Sequence record: MW825358.1
Length of the DNA: 64,000 nucleotides
Direction: 5' to 3' (one strand)
Under the pieces are notes generated by a model. It saw only the letters and a program-made list of their open reading frames with translations, was not told the DNA's origin and did not search any database. Positions 44,738-54,115 of the stretch are shown piece by piece (position 1 is the first letter of the stretch; each line of letters begins with the position of its first letter). The translations under genes were made by a program, and so were the position numbers.

Positions 44738-45748
44738 ATGAGTCTTTTGCCTGCCGAAGAAAACACCAGTCAACGTCTGCGCTGGACCAACATCTTAAGT
44801 CGCTATATGCTCCACGGTAAGCCTGGCATTTTTGACGGGCTCAATAACGAGGTCAAGTGGGCCATTGGGCGACTCAATCCATTCTTCCTGGTCTCACTGG
44901 CCCCCTGGATCAATCAGACCAACCGTTACATGCTCAGTATCGGGGAAGATGGGTTGGGTCAGTATTTTGCCCTCTACGATCGGGACGCATGTCGAGAAGT
45001 GTTGCGAATGACGCAGATCCGGGACTGGGCCACCCGCTACGCGAAAATGAACGATGGTGGCGTCATGGCCGATGACGCCCTGTGTCTCAAGGAGGATCGT
45101 TACAGCAATCCGGTGGATCAGTTGATGACAGATCTGGCATTGCTGGAGCACCACGGAAGTGATGCGCATGAGGATTGGCGTTACCAGGGGACCTGGTTTA
45201 GCGAACCGGCCAGCGCACATACACGTTTCCGGACCGGACTGGATTCGATCAAATCGCGTCGAATTCATTTGTATCGCAATGGCGTGCATCGTTGGGAGCT
45301 GACCTTCGACACCCCGTTCAAGGTCCCAGTCTCAGGACCTGTATACGAAATCTGTCATCACTTCTGGGAAAATCAGAAGTTTCGAGAGAACTTTCGAATG
45401 ATTGTGCGGGATCGTCAATTCTACATCTTCGATCATCGCCCTGGCGGGATCCAGAGTGAATATAGCTTTCAAGACGACCCGATGCTGTCTTTGAGTTACA
45501 CGGCTGTCAAGGTCCCCAAGGATAGCCAAAAGGTCCATGCTGAAGCCTTGGATAAATACAAGGCATTGGACTTGGGGTATTTCCTGATCAAGGACGCGGT
45601 AGGTGTGCTGGAACAAAACGGCCGGATCAAAACGCTGGTCGATGCGCGCGACGAAGGACATCAGATCGTGTTGGAATTCACAACACGTAGCTCTGGTCTT
45701 GATCGCTTTGGCCTATTGCATCTGTATACCCTGAAAATGCATAAGTAG
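44738..45748 (+). CDS. hypothetical protein
   Basis: AAGGA SD; 336 aa. Confidence 0.75.
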   Translation: MSLLPAEENTSQRLRWTNILSRYMLHGKPGIFDGLNNEVKWAIGRLNPFFLVSLAPWINQTNRYMLSIGEDGLGQYFALYDRDACREVLRMTQIRDWATRYAKMNDGGVMADDALCLKEDRYSNPVDQLMTDLALLEHHGSDAHEDWRYQGTWFSEPASAHTRFRTGLDSIKSRRIHLYRNGVHRWELTFDTPFKVPVSGPVYEICHHFWENQKFRENFRMIVRDRQFYIFDHRPGGIQSEYSFQDDPMLSLSYTAVKVPKDSQKVHAEALDKYKALDLGYFLIKDAVGVLEQNGRIKTLVDARDEGHQIVLEFTTRSSGLDRFGLLHLYTLKMHK

Positions 45749-45929
45749 TACTTTTTCACACAGGCGCTTAAGCTTGTGGCAACACCCATCTGTTCTGTGA
45801 ACGAGGCAGGTGGTTTTTAAGCGTGCGCACACTTTGTGCAAACGCCACCATAGGCGACGGCCTATACCGCGCCAGCCTGGGCCCTCCAGGCTGGCTTCTA
45901 TGCTCCCTAGCATCTAACAAGGACCCACC

Positions 45930-47057
45930 ATGAACGACACCAACCACAAGACCAACATCCCCTTCAACCTGGTCATCGCCAACTCCCGCGAGGAAGCCAA
46001 AGCCCTGCTCAAGCGTTTCGACCTGAGCCAGCCGGCATACCTGGACGACCTGCGCCTGGGCAAGGACGGCGTGCCCGTACTCACCACCGGTACCCAGTCC
46101 AACCTGCGTGAACTGCCCAAGTCTGGCGCAGCCCGCGGGGAGATGCTGCAGAAGTTCCTCAACACCAGCGAAGCCACCTGGACGTTCGTGGTGCTGCTGG
46201 AATCGGTGTGGATCGGGGCACTGGCCGGCAATATGCCGAAGATGGCCGCCAATGTCTGGCGTGGGATCGAGTCGAGCCTGGTGGGTCACCACACGCGCAA
46301 TCAGCGCAACCTGATCGTGCTGCAGAACGGTAAGGACGTGCAGTCCCTCACCCAGGGTCAGCCCCTGCCCTCCAACTGGGTCATGCGTACCAACACCGAC
46401 AAGCCGGCCAAACAAGCCGTAGCTGACAAGCCGGTGCAGTCGCCTTCCCGCAAGCCCGAGCAGAACGCCGACAAGCGTCGTGAAGCCAAGAAGCAGGTCG
46501 CCGAGCAGCCCCAGTTGCGCGAGAAGATCCGGCGCGCCACAGGCCATGGTCCGGCCCAGGACGAGGTCAGGATTGCCCGCCCCAAGGCAGGAGGTAACAA
46601 CTCGCGTCTGATCGATGACCTGTATCTGCTGTGCAAGGGTCACTACGGCGACACCACCATCTCGGCGGTGCGCACCAATGGCGAGAAGATCGTCCAGTAC
46701 CACACCGGCGGGACGGGCAAGATCGAAGACCAGGCGTTGATCAAGCACCTGTTCCAGACCCTGATCGGCAAGTCCAGCCGGGGGTATTGGGGTGGGTTCA
46801 ACACCCTGGCCTCGTTGGTGGCAGCCGGTGCTGATTCGCGTCAGCAGCTGCTGCGTGAGATGATCAGTTGGATCGGCGGTATTCCTACCCTGGGTGCCAA
46901 GGGTGAGCAGGTGGCGCTGCCCAAGGTCAACGTGCAGCTGAAGGAACTGCTGGAAAAGTCGCGCAATGCGGCGCTGCCGGAATGGGCCCAGGAGAACTTC
47001 CGCGACAATAAGGCCTTCGGTGCCAACGGTCCGGGTAAAGAGACTGCCACTGCGTAA
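45930..47057 (+). CDS. hypothetical protein, strongly codon-biased
   Basis: AAGGA SD; 375 aa; G/C-ending codon bias comparable to the capsid gene. Confidence 0.8.
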   Translation: MNDTNHKTNIPFNLVIANSREEAKALLKRFDLSQPAYLDDLRLGKDGVPVLTTGTQSNLRELPKSGAARGEMLQKFLNTSEATWTFVVLLESVWIGALAGNMPKMAANVWRGIESSLVGHHTRNQRNLIVLQNGKDVQSLTQGQPLPSNWVMRTNTDKPAKQAVADKPVQSPSRKPEQNADKRREAKKQVAEQPQLREKIRRATGHGPAQDEVRIARPKAGGNNSRLIDDLYLLCKGHYGDTTISAVRTNGEKIVQYHTGGTGKIEDQALIKHLFQTLIGKSSRGYWGGFNTLASLVAAGADSRQQLLREMISWIGGIPTLGAKGEQVALPKVNVQLKELLEKSRNAALPEWAQENFRDNKAFGANGPGKETATA

Positions 47058-47093
47058 GCTGCATTATGTGACAACGCTTTTAGGGAAAGACCC

Positions 47094-47720
47094 GTGAGAG
47101 ACAAGACCGTGATTGGGCGCTTTCTGGCCCTGAGTATGGAAGCTGCTGCCGACGGGCAGACCCGTACAGAAAAAGAGATCGTCACCTTTGGTAAGATCGT
47201 TGATTTTGACGAGCTGAAAAAGGCCGATCGCCGCGAAGACCAGGAGCAGTGGGAAATTCGCTCCAAGGATGAGAACAACCAGTACGCCGGTTGTGTGCGC
47301 ATCCGCTGTATTGACAACAAGCAATACATCCTAACGACCAAGACCTTCAGGCCCGATCGTGGAGATCTGTCGGAAACGGAAGTAGAGCTTGATCCGGAAA
47401 TCGGTGCCAACATGCTCAAGGAGTTTGCCAAGCTCTCTACCGGCGGCATGATCAAAACCCGTTACTTCTTCAATGTGCCAGACAGCGATCTGGTCTATGA
47501 GGTTGACGTCTACTACGACGAAGACAAGAAGCCGCGGGCCTGGTGCAAGATCGATCTGGAAGTCAAGGACATGCGCACCGCTCGCCCTGAGCTGCCTATC
47601 CAACTGGAAGATGCACGGGAGATCCCTCCTAAGAATCGGACAGAGGAACAGCAGCGCTTTGTGGAACGGTTGATGTCCAAAGAGTTCGTCACGCCCAATC
47701 CCCATTTGCGTTCTGCATAA
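47094..47720 (+). CDS. CYTH (triphosphate tunnel metalloenzyme) domain protein
   Basis: TEKE motif near the N-terminus, VRIR, ETEVE, IKTRY, YEVDVY, IDLE. Confidence 0.7.
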   Translation: MRDKTVIGRFLALSMEAAADGQTRTEKEIVTFGKIVDFDELKKADRREDQEQWEIRSKDENNQYAGCVRIRCIDNKQYILTTKTFRPDRGDLSETEVELDPEIGANMLKEFAKLSTGGMIKTRYFFNVPDSDLVYEVDVYYDEDKKPRAWCKIDLEVKDMRTARPELPIQLEDAREIPPKNRTEEQQRFVERLMSKEFVTPNPHLRSA

Positions 47721-47778
47721 TGCCCATAGCTCCCCTCCCGTTTGGGAGGGGAGTCTATGCGCTCAACTGAGAACCCCC

Positions 47779-48201
47779 ATGAACGACAATCTTGATGAAT
47801 ACCGCCTGCAGTATATCCCGCTGAAATGGGATGCAGAGACAGACGACTTTGATGAAATCAAAGCACGTAGTGCTAACCAGATGGTCCTGATCCATGAGGA
47901 CGTTGAAAGTGAGATGTGTCATCGTCATCTGCGCTATGGTTCCTTTGGTCATGTGATTCTCCTGAAGGGATCATTCGATCGTTTCCGCAGTGCGATGGAC
48001 CCGCAATACGTCGATGCAAGCGGGACCTCCAGAATCTACGTAGACACGCTGGATCAGGCTATCGCTACTGCAGCCCAGCTAAGATCGCTAATTAAGCTCA
48101 GCAGCGGGGTGACGGTAAACCTAGTAGTGGTCGATGCAGCGAGCACCGATTTGATCGGGCAGTTGCGCGAGCTGGGTTACGCACCCAAAGAATCCAACTA
48201 A
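47779..48201 (+). CDS. hypothetical protein
   Basis: 140-aa ORF after a hairpin element. Confidence 0.6.
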   Translation: MNDNLDEYRLQYIPLKWDAETDDFDEIKARSANQMVLIHEDVESEMCHRHLRYGSFGHVILLKGSFDRFRSAMDPQYVDASGTSRIYVDTLDQAIATAAQLRSLIKLSSGVTVNLVVVDAASTDLIGQLRELGYAPKESN

Positions 48202-48220
48202 GAATCAAAAAGGAGGTCAA

Positions 48221-48493
48221 ATGCGTTCTCAAAACACAGGATGCCTCCTACCAACCCTGAAGTTCCTAGGGTGGGCTGGCATCACAGGCTGGCTCCTCAG
48301 TCACAGCCTGGCCTACGTTGAAGCACTGGCGTATGCCACCCGCGCAGCTGCACGCAGCAACGGGTATAGTCCGATCTTTGCCGATCTGATTATGCTCGGC
48401 GGCGGCGGGCTTGTCTTGGTCATTGTTCCCACTCTGACCTATCTTCCCTTTTACTACTTACGCAATCGCAAGAAGGTACCACATGTCCCATAA
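48221..48493 (+). CDS. small two-TM membrane protein
   Basis: AAGGAGG SD; two hydrophobic segments. Confidence 0.65.
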   Translation: MRSQNTGCLLPTLKFLGWAGITGWLLSHSLAYVEALAYATRAAARSNGYSPIFADLIMLGGGGLVLVIVPTLTYLPFYYLRNRKKVPHVP

Positions 48494-48683
48494 CCAAATC
48501 CGCGACGAGATGTCCAACGGCTTTAACCAGCACCTGGAGCACTGCGATCACTGCAAGGACCACCCGTTCAGTCCGTGCGATACGGGCAGCCGGGCTATCC
48601 ACGAAGCTGTGGAAAACGGCACGGCCGGTGAGTACGAGCGCACGATGGATTCGGAGCTGCGCAAGGATGGCGACTGGCCATGA
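48483..48683 (+). CDS. small Cys/His-rich protein
   Basis: HLEHCDHCKDHPFSPC; ATGA overlap with DHFR. Confidence 0.55.
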   Translation: MSHNQIRDEMSNGFNQHLEHCDHCKDHPFSPCDTGSRAIHEAVENGTAGEYERTMDSELRKDGDWP

Positions 48684-49231
48684 TTAAGATCGTTCTGGTA
48701 GCGGCGTGTGATGTGCGCCAAGCGATCGGCAAGGACAATGGCCTACCCTGGCGCCATCGCGGTGATATGCGGCACTTCAAGAAGCTCACTACCGGCCATA
48801 CGGTGGTGATGGGCTCTAAGACGTTCGAGAGCATGGGCAGTAAGTGCCTGCCAAATCGCCGCAACATCGTACTGTCTCGCAATCCAGGGGGTGTCAAGCG
48901 TCCAGAAGTCCCCATGGGTCACTCCCCGGTTTTCAGCGAGAAAAAGTCCACTGAAGAGCTGGTGGTGGTCGATTCGGTGATCGAGACACTGAAGCAGTGC
49001 GAGGGTGAAATGTTGTTCGTCATTGGCGGACAACAGATCTACGAACTGTTTCTGCCTCACGCAGATGAGATCCAGCTGTCCTTGCTGGATCTTGCCGTGG
49101 ACAAGCCGGATGCATTCTTTCCCAATATCTCTGCGCGGAGTTGGCTCTGCTTTAGTAACAAGCGACATCCGGATGGAGAAGTTCATGAGGACGATGTGGC
49201 CTGGAACCACCTCGTGTTCAACCGCCCGTAA
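48680..49231 (+). CDS. folA: dihydrofolate reductase
   Basis: AIGKDNGLPW..DMRHFKKLT..VVMGSKTFES..LPNRRNIVLSR, VIGGQQIY, DAFFP. Confidence 0.96.
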   Translation: MIKIVLVAACDVRQAIGKDNGLPWRHRGDMRHFKKLTTGHTVVMGSKTFESMGSKCLPNRRNIVLSRNPGGVKRPEVPMGHSPVFSEKKSTEELVVVDSVIETLKQCEGEMLFVIGGQQIYELFLPHADEIQLSLLDLAVDKPDAFFPNISARSWLCFSNKRHPDGEVHEDDVAWNHLVFNRP

Positions 49232-49234
49232 CCG

Positions 49235-49272
49235 GCATAAGCCCCTCCCCAAACGGGGAGGGGCTGTTATGC
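49235..49272. terminator. bidirectional CATA-hairpin-TATG element between convergent genes
   Basis: gcataa-gcccctcccc-aaac-ggggaggggc-tgttatgc. Confidence 0.7.
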
Positions 49273-49309
49273 TGTCTTTTCTTTTGGCCTACCAACAACC
49301 AACGTCTAG

Positions 49310-49813
49310 TTATTGATAAGGATACCCTAAACCCTGAAGGTAAACCGAGGGTTCAGGATCTTCTGGCATATCGGCACTTAAGGTCAATGTCACGCTTCCA
49401 AACAAACCTAAGGAACCAGATTTAGCCGTCAAGGTAAAAGCCGGCTCCTCACCGCTGCGATCGATACTTGAATCTTCCACATCGGCACTGGTGATGTATC
49501 CGCCCAGACGTATGCTGAGTTTAGCAAGTAAGTCATGGACTGAGGTCTCACCGCCATCAGCAAAGATCTTGTTGCGATATTCAAACAGCTTGGTCAGCGA
49601 TAAGCGATTGTAGTTGATGTTCAGCGACAGATCTGTCCCAATGGCCGTCAGTCCCAGGCGGCTATTGCGCTGGGAACTGGTCATGTCGATGATCGATGGA
49701 TTCACCAAAATGGGCGCATCCCAGGTGACATCCGTTTTAGTCAGTGACAAACCCTGTTGGGCATTAATGTCATCCAGCAGGCTTTGCCGGACGTCGAGCA
49801 AATCATTGGACAT
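49310..49813 (-). CDS. virion structural paralog (anchor domain) ending in VYLQGLGYPYQ
   Basis: GGAG SD before ATG 49813; RNS..YNRLSL..SLGLFG family motifs. Confidence 0.8.
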   Translation of the reverse strand: MSNDLLDVRQSLLDDINAQQGLSLTKTDVTWDAPILVNPSIIDMTSSQRNSRLGLTAIGTDLSLNINYNRLSLTKLFEYRNKIFADGGETSVHDLLAKLSIRLGGYITSADVEDSSIDRSGEEPAFTLTAKSGSLGLFGSVTLTLSADMPEDPEPSVYLQGLGYPYQ

Positions 49814-49985
49814 TTCTGCTCCAAGGTAATTGTTGTAAATCTCATAGGATACCGATGGCGCCATAAGCCCGGGACTTCGGTCCCGGGCATGGCGAGTGCG
49901 CGTTGGTCATCCCATTGGACTCAAAATACAAATGGATTGGTCAATGAATTCGTGCGTCGCGTGCTCGAGTCATTGAATCTCTCCA

Positions 49986-50468
49986 TTAGCCCTCAGGCTC
50001 TCCGCCACTGCTTTCACCGAAGCTGATTTCGATCTCTCCAAAGACATAGAGAGAATCTGGATCTGCTTCCAGTGACATCGGACCTTCCACCACGATCGCA
50101 TCGATGATGTCCTCAGCCACCAAACGGGTGCCCAGGCGTGCATTGATCTGATTCAGCATGGAGCTAAGCATCACCCCATCACCAGGATAGGGAAACTCGG
50201 TGGAACGCAGGTTGAAGAGTTTAGCCATGGACAGGCGGTTGTAAACCACCGTAACGTCCACTGCCGGACCATTGCCATCGGCAGGTCGGGTCAGCTGTAC
50301 GGAAGAATTACGCTTGGCCGGATCACTGAAATCCACCACAGTGGCATCCAGCAAAGCCGGCGGTGCAAAGGTGACCTCATCTGGATCCAGACTCAGACCG
50401 GCCTTGGCATTGGCACGGGCAACCAGGAACTCGGCTACCGATGCTGCGGTATTGATGTCATCGGACAT
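49986..50468 (-). CDS. virion structural paralog (anchor domain)
   Basis: RNSSV..YNRLSM..SLYVFG. Confidence 0.8.
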   Translation of the reverse strand: MSDDINTAASVAEFLVARANAKAGLSLDPDEVTFAPPALLDATVVDFSDPAKRNSSVQLTRPADGNGPAVDVTVVYNRLSMAKLFNLRSTEFPYPGDGVMLSSMLNQINARLGTRLVAEDIIDAIVVEGPMSLEADPDSLYVFGEIEISFGESSGGEPEG

Positions 50469-50557
50469 CTGGGGGTCCTCTTAGGAATTGAAAAGAAATC
50501 AACTGAATGAAAAGTACCCCGGATTGCTCCGGGGTACTGAACACTCAATATTGAGGA

Positions 50558-51049
50558 TTAACCAGCTTCCGGATCGGGCTTGGTCATGGTCATCTCAGCC
50601 GCACCAAACAGCCCCAGCGATTCGGGCTTGGCGGTGAGCACGACCGTATCGGTGGTCGCATTGACCGGCTCCAGGGCCACATCTTCCAGGTCAGAGCCCG
50701 TCAGATCCAGCTTCAGCTTCTCGGCAATTTCCTCGAGCAGGTCGTAGGTGGAAACCTGGGAACCGTCGCCTTCAAGGTCATCACCCATCACGCTCACCAG
50801 CTGCGCCAGCGACAGACGGTTGTAATGCAGGGTGTAGGACACTTCCACCTCATCATCACCCACGGCGGTGATGGCAATGCGCGAGTTGCGCGCAGTGGGG
50901 TTGGTCAGGTCAATCGTATCTTCGTCATACAGCTCAGGCTCGCCGAAGGTCAGCTGGTTCACCGTGTAGACGGTGTCCAGATTCTGAGCGGCCAGCTGCT
51001 CATTGAGCAACTCGGTCAGCTGCTCGGGAAAAGACTTGGGGTTAGACAT
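50558..51049 (-). CDS. virion structural paralog (anchor domain)
   Basis: RNSRI..YNRLSL..TYDLL..SLGLFG. Confidence 0.8.
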   Translation of the reverse strand: MSNPKSFPEQLTELLNEQLAAQNLDTVYTVNQLTFGEPELYDEDTIDLTNPTARNSRIAITAVGDDEVEVSYTLHYNRLSLAQLVSVMGDDLEGDGSQVSTYDLLEEIAEKLKLDLTGSDLEDVALEPVNATTDTVVLTAKPESLGLFGAAEMTMTKPDPEAG

Positions 51050-51078
51050 CTGATGTTCTCACTTTAGAGAGTCAATAC

Positions 51079-51555
51079 TCAAGGACCGCTCAAGGTCAGA
51101 TTGATCTGACCAAACAGCAGCAAGGAGGCAGGATCTGCCACCAGCATTACGGTCAACGGATACGTGCCGCCTTCGATCTGGTGTCCCACAATGTCCTCTT
51201 CCCTTACGGTGAATCCGAACTTGGTGGTCAACACCGGCAACAGGTCGTACGTATGAGTTATATCGCCAGCAATAGTCGTGCTACCGCTTTCAAATAGCCC
51301 CGTCAAAGACAGGCGATTAAACCACAATGTCGTGGCGAACTCATATGGTTCGCCTGGCGCGTTGGTGATTTCCACTTTGCTATTGCGCGAAGGCAATGCA
51401 GGAGGTGCAGGATCGGTAATATCTACCACGGTAGGATCGACTAAGACCGGAACACCAAATGACACACGACTTAGGTCCAGGTGGGTTTTGTACTGAGCAT
51501 TGAGCGCATCGAGCAACTGCTGCTGAGGCGTCAATACAGGATCAGGAACAGGCAT
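51079..51555 (-). CDS. virion structural paralog (anchor domain)
   Basis: RNSKV..FNRLSL..TYDLL..SLLLFG. Confidence 0.8.
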   Translation of the reverse strand: MPVPDPVLTPQQQLLDALNAQYKTHLDLSRVSFGVPVLVDPTVVDITDPAPPALPSRNSKVEITNAPGEPYEFATTLWFNRLSLTGLFESGSTTIAGDITHTYDLLPVLTTKFGFTVREEDIVGHQIEGGTYPLTVMLVADPASLLLFGQINLTLSGP

Positions 51556-51637
51556 AAACGACTCCAGCTAGACAGAGTAAAAACCCTACCCTCCTTTGCA
51601 AGAGGGTAGGGCACGCTGCAACGCGTAGGAAACAGAC

Positions 51638-52729
51638 TTACTCAGCCAGACCCTTGACCTTGGCGGTGAACGCCAGGGTGAGGGTGTTGCTGGCATCGGC
51701 CAGATCCACCGCCTTGAACTCGATCTGGAAATCTCCGTAGGGAGAACCGGCCGGATTCAAGGTCAGCGAACCGAACTTGCGCTTGACGTGGTTGATATAC
51801 AGCACATCGGTGTACAGGCTCTGATCGGCATTGGTGGCCTCTTCGTGATGCTGTTCGATCTGGTTGGCCGTATCGATCAGATAAAGACGACCGAACTTGC
51901 GGGTCAGGGCCAGATTGATCACGCCCCCACCTTGGGCAGCGGTGATCTTCAAGGACACCGCATAGCGATCGGTCAGACGCTTGCTGTTGGTCTTCTTCAG
52001 CAAGGCCGCGCCAAAGGGGATGTTCCACTCGCCTTGATCGGAGATATCCAGCACCACCTCATCATTGCGCGAACCCACCGCGTAGTCCACCTTACCCAGG
52101 CGTGCACCGACAAACAACTCCACCTCACCATTGGAGGCGACAAACAGCTTCTCAGCCGATTGGTTGTTGGCCAGCAGCGTGCCGTGCTCCGGCGAGCGCA
52201 GGATCTGGCTAGGGGTGGCATTGGGAGTGATGACCGGCTCGGTGATGAAGCTATCGTCCACCGCCTTAGCTTCGAGCAGGTCAATGGAGAACTGACCGGT
52301 AAAGCGCAGGGACATCGGGTTGGCCTTGAGCACCACCGCACGTGGGTAGTCGCCCGTGGGAAGGTTGGCCTGGACCAGATCGGTCGACTCAAACACTACA
52401 CGGGCCTCAGTGGCCAGCGGCGCGAGCAGATCGGCCACCGTGGTGTAGTTGTTATTGACAATCTCAATGCTGCGATTGGCAAACAGACGGGCCAGGTCAA
52501 AGCGGTGGTAATGGTACTCCACCGTCACCGGTGTGGGTTGGCCGTCGTCGGGGGTGACGGTGTGGGTCACTTCGATGTCAGTGTTATACTTCTCATCGGC
52601 AGACACACTCGGGGCGCCGATCACGACATCGCTGGCTTCAAAGCTGGTGGCATTAGCGGCGTTGATCAGGTCGACCACAAACTGCTCGCCCGAGGTTGTC
52701 AGGTCAGCGGTCTTGTTGGAATCGGACAT
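51638..52729 (-). CDS. anchor domain + ~210-aa passenger domain
   Basis: YNT..YHRFDL..TVADLL..SLRFTG followed by an unrelated C-terminal region; start 52729 preferred. Confidence 0.8.
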   Translation of the reverse strand: MSDSNKTADLTTSGEQFVVDLINAANATSFEASDVVIGAPSVSADEKYNTDIEVTHTVTPDDGQPTPVTVEYHYHRFDLARLFANRSIEIVNNNYTTVADLLAPLATEARVVFESTDLVQANLPTGDYPRAVVLKANPMSLRFTGQFSIDLLEAKAVDDSFITEPVITPNATPSQILRSPEHGTLLANNQSAEKLFVASNGEVELFVGARLGKVDYAVGSRNDEVVLDISDQGEWNIPFGAALLKKTNSKRLTDRYAVSLKITAAQGGGVINLALTRKFGRLYLIDTANQIEQHHEEATNADQSLYTDVLYINHVKRKFGSLTLNPAGSPYGDFQIEFKAVDLADASNTLTLAFTAKVKGLAE

Positions 52730-52859
52730 AAAGAGGGAATCCTTGCAAGGAAAGAAAATACAGTAGATCACAGGTGTGCGCATCACCTATGCATAAAATG
52801 AGTCTGCACCTGAATTTTTACTAGCAGAGCTACATGTATAAACCGCCCCGGAGATCGCC

Positions 52860-53396
52860 GTGACAACGATCCATGCACAGTTTTGTGCCCCTACCCACGC
52901 TATGCCAATGAGTGAAACCGAACGCCTCACGGTCAGTCGCTCCTTGTCCCATCTTAGTCATGAACACGACTTTCCCTTCAGTCGTTTGTATGAGTGCCTA
53001 GGACAATCGGTCTTAGAATTTCCTCTTGAGGAAGTCCAGCTGAAAGACCTGGCACCTAAAGGCTGGGTGTTTGTGGCCATCAATCCCAACTACCGACTGC
53101 GCTGGGTCTTTCGCATCTTTGAATTGCAAGTGCTGCCATGTGGATTTGTAATGGCACTGCCTGAGGTCGAAGAAAGGGGCGGGAACTACTGCGCTGAGCG
53201 CGGGGTGTCTCGACAGGCCATGCGCTTTCCCATCCGGTTTATGTCTCAGCTAAAAGAGACCCTCCACATCAGTGACATGCGCATTGATTCAGACTTTTTC
53301 GATCTAGAGATTGAAGGCTTGATTAAGGCAGATCACTTAGGACTCACCGGTGACCGGCCGCGCTACCCGTTTGTCCTCTCAGGTACACGCTACTAA
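52860..53396 (+). CDS. hypothetical protein
   Basis: GGAG SD, GTG start. Confidence 0.6.
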   Translation: MTTIHAQFCAPTHAMPMSETERLTVSRSLSHLSHEHDFPFSRLYECLGQSVLEFPLEEVQLKDLAPKGWVFVAINPNYRLRWVFRIFELQVLPCGFVMALPEVEERGGNYCAERGVSRQAMRFPIRFMSQLKETLHISDMRIDSDFFDLEIEGLIKADHLGLTGDRPRYPFVLSGTRY

Positions 53397-53422
53397 AAGC
53401 TTAATGAAAAAACCCTGAGAAC

Positions 53423-53441
53423 TATATTACCTTGGTGTAGT
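53423..53441 (+). promoter_or_regulatory. early-promoter-like motif TATATTAC-N4-GTGTAGT
   Basis: Exact phiKZ early consensus TATATTAC with an A-tract upstream. Confidence 0.6.
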
Positions 53442-53477
53442 ACCACACAACAAAATAACCTCACCAAGGTCAAATCG

Positions 53478-54044
53478 ATGAAACTCTCCATTGCTGCAAA
53501 GATCCGCCGTGAACTGAAGTCCACGATGATCCTGATCTCCCTGTTGATGTCGGGTCTGGCCCAGTTTCGAGAACTGCTGGGACACTGGTTCTTTCACCAC
53601 ACCTCCTATCGCCGCCGTCCGGGCTATGTGGAGTTCAACGTGGAAGAAGAACTGGCCGATGGCCTGATCCGCTTTCGTGTGTTCGATGAGTACAAGACCC
53701 AGCATATCCATGCCATCCCGTTCCGGGTCAGCAACCGCTGGTTGGTGCGCAATCCCAAGCGCATCCCCAACCTGGTGCTGTGGCACATCAAGGCCGCTGC
53801 CGAAACGCAGGAAGGCTTGAAGGCGGTCAATGTGCTGTGGGGTCAGTACAACTGGAACCGTCAGTGCCTGGAAACGTTCAACCTCAACCAGCTGCCCAGC
53901 TGGGAAGAAATCGAACGTCGCCATGCGTTCCGCAACAAGGTCCATGCCTTGCTGGTGCGGTGGTTCCCGGCACGTGATACCACCCCGCGCCTGTCCATGG
54001 CCGATGTGGCAGATGACATCATCATTCGTCACATCAAGGTCTAA
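53478..54044 (+). CDS. hypothetical protein (likely early)
   Basis: Downstream of a TATATTAC motif; strong codon bias. Confidence 0.75.
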   Translation: MKLSIAAKIRRELKSTMILISLLMSGLAQFRELLGHWFFHHTSYRRRPGYVEFNVEEELADGLIRFRVFDEYKTQHIHAIPFRVSNRWLVRNPKRIPNLVLWHIKAAAETQEGLKAVNVLWGQYNWNRQCLETFNLNQLPSWEEIERRHAFRNKVHALLVRWFPARDTTPRLSMADVADDIIIRHIKV

Positions 54045-54115
54045 GTACCATACCACCCCCAGGGGCCTTCGGGTCCCTGGGGCTTATCCTGCTTTTTTCA
54101 TAGGTCCATTCTACA

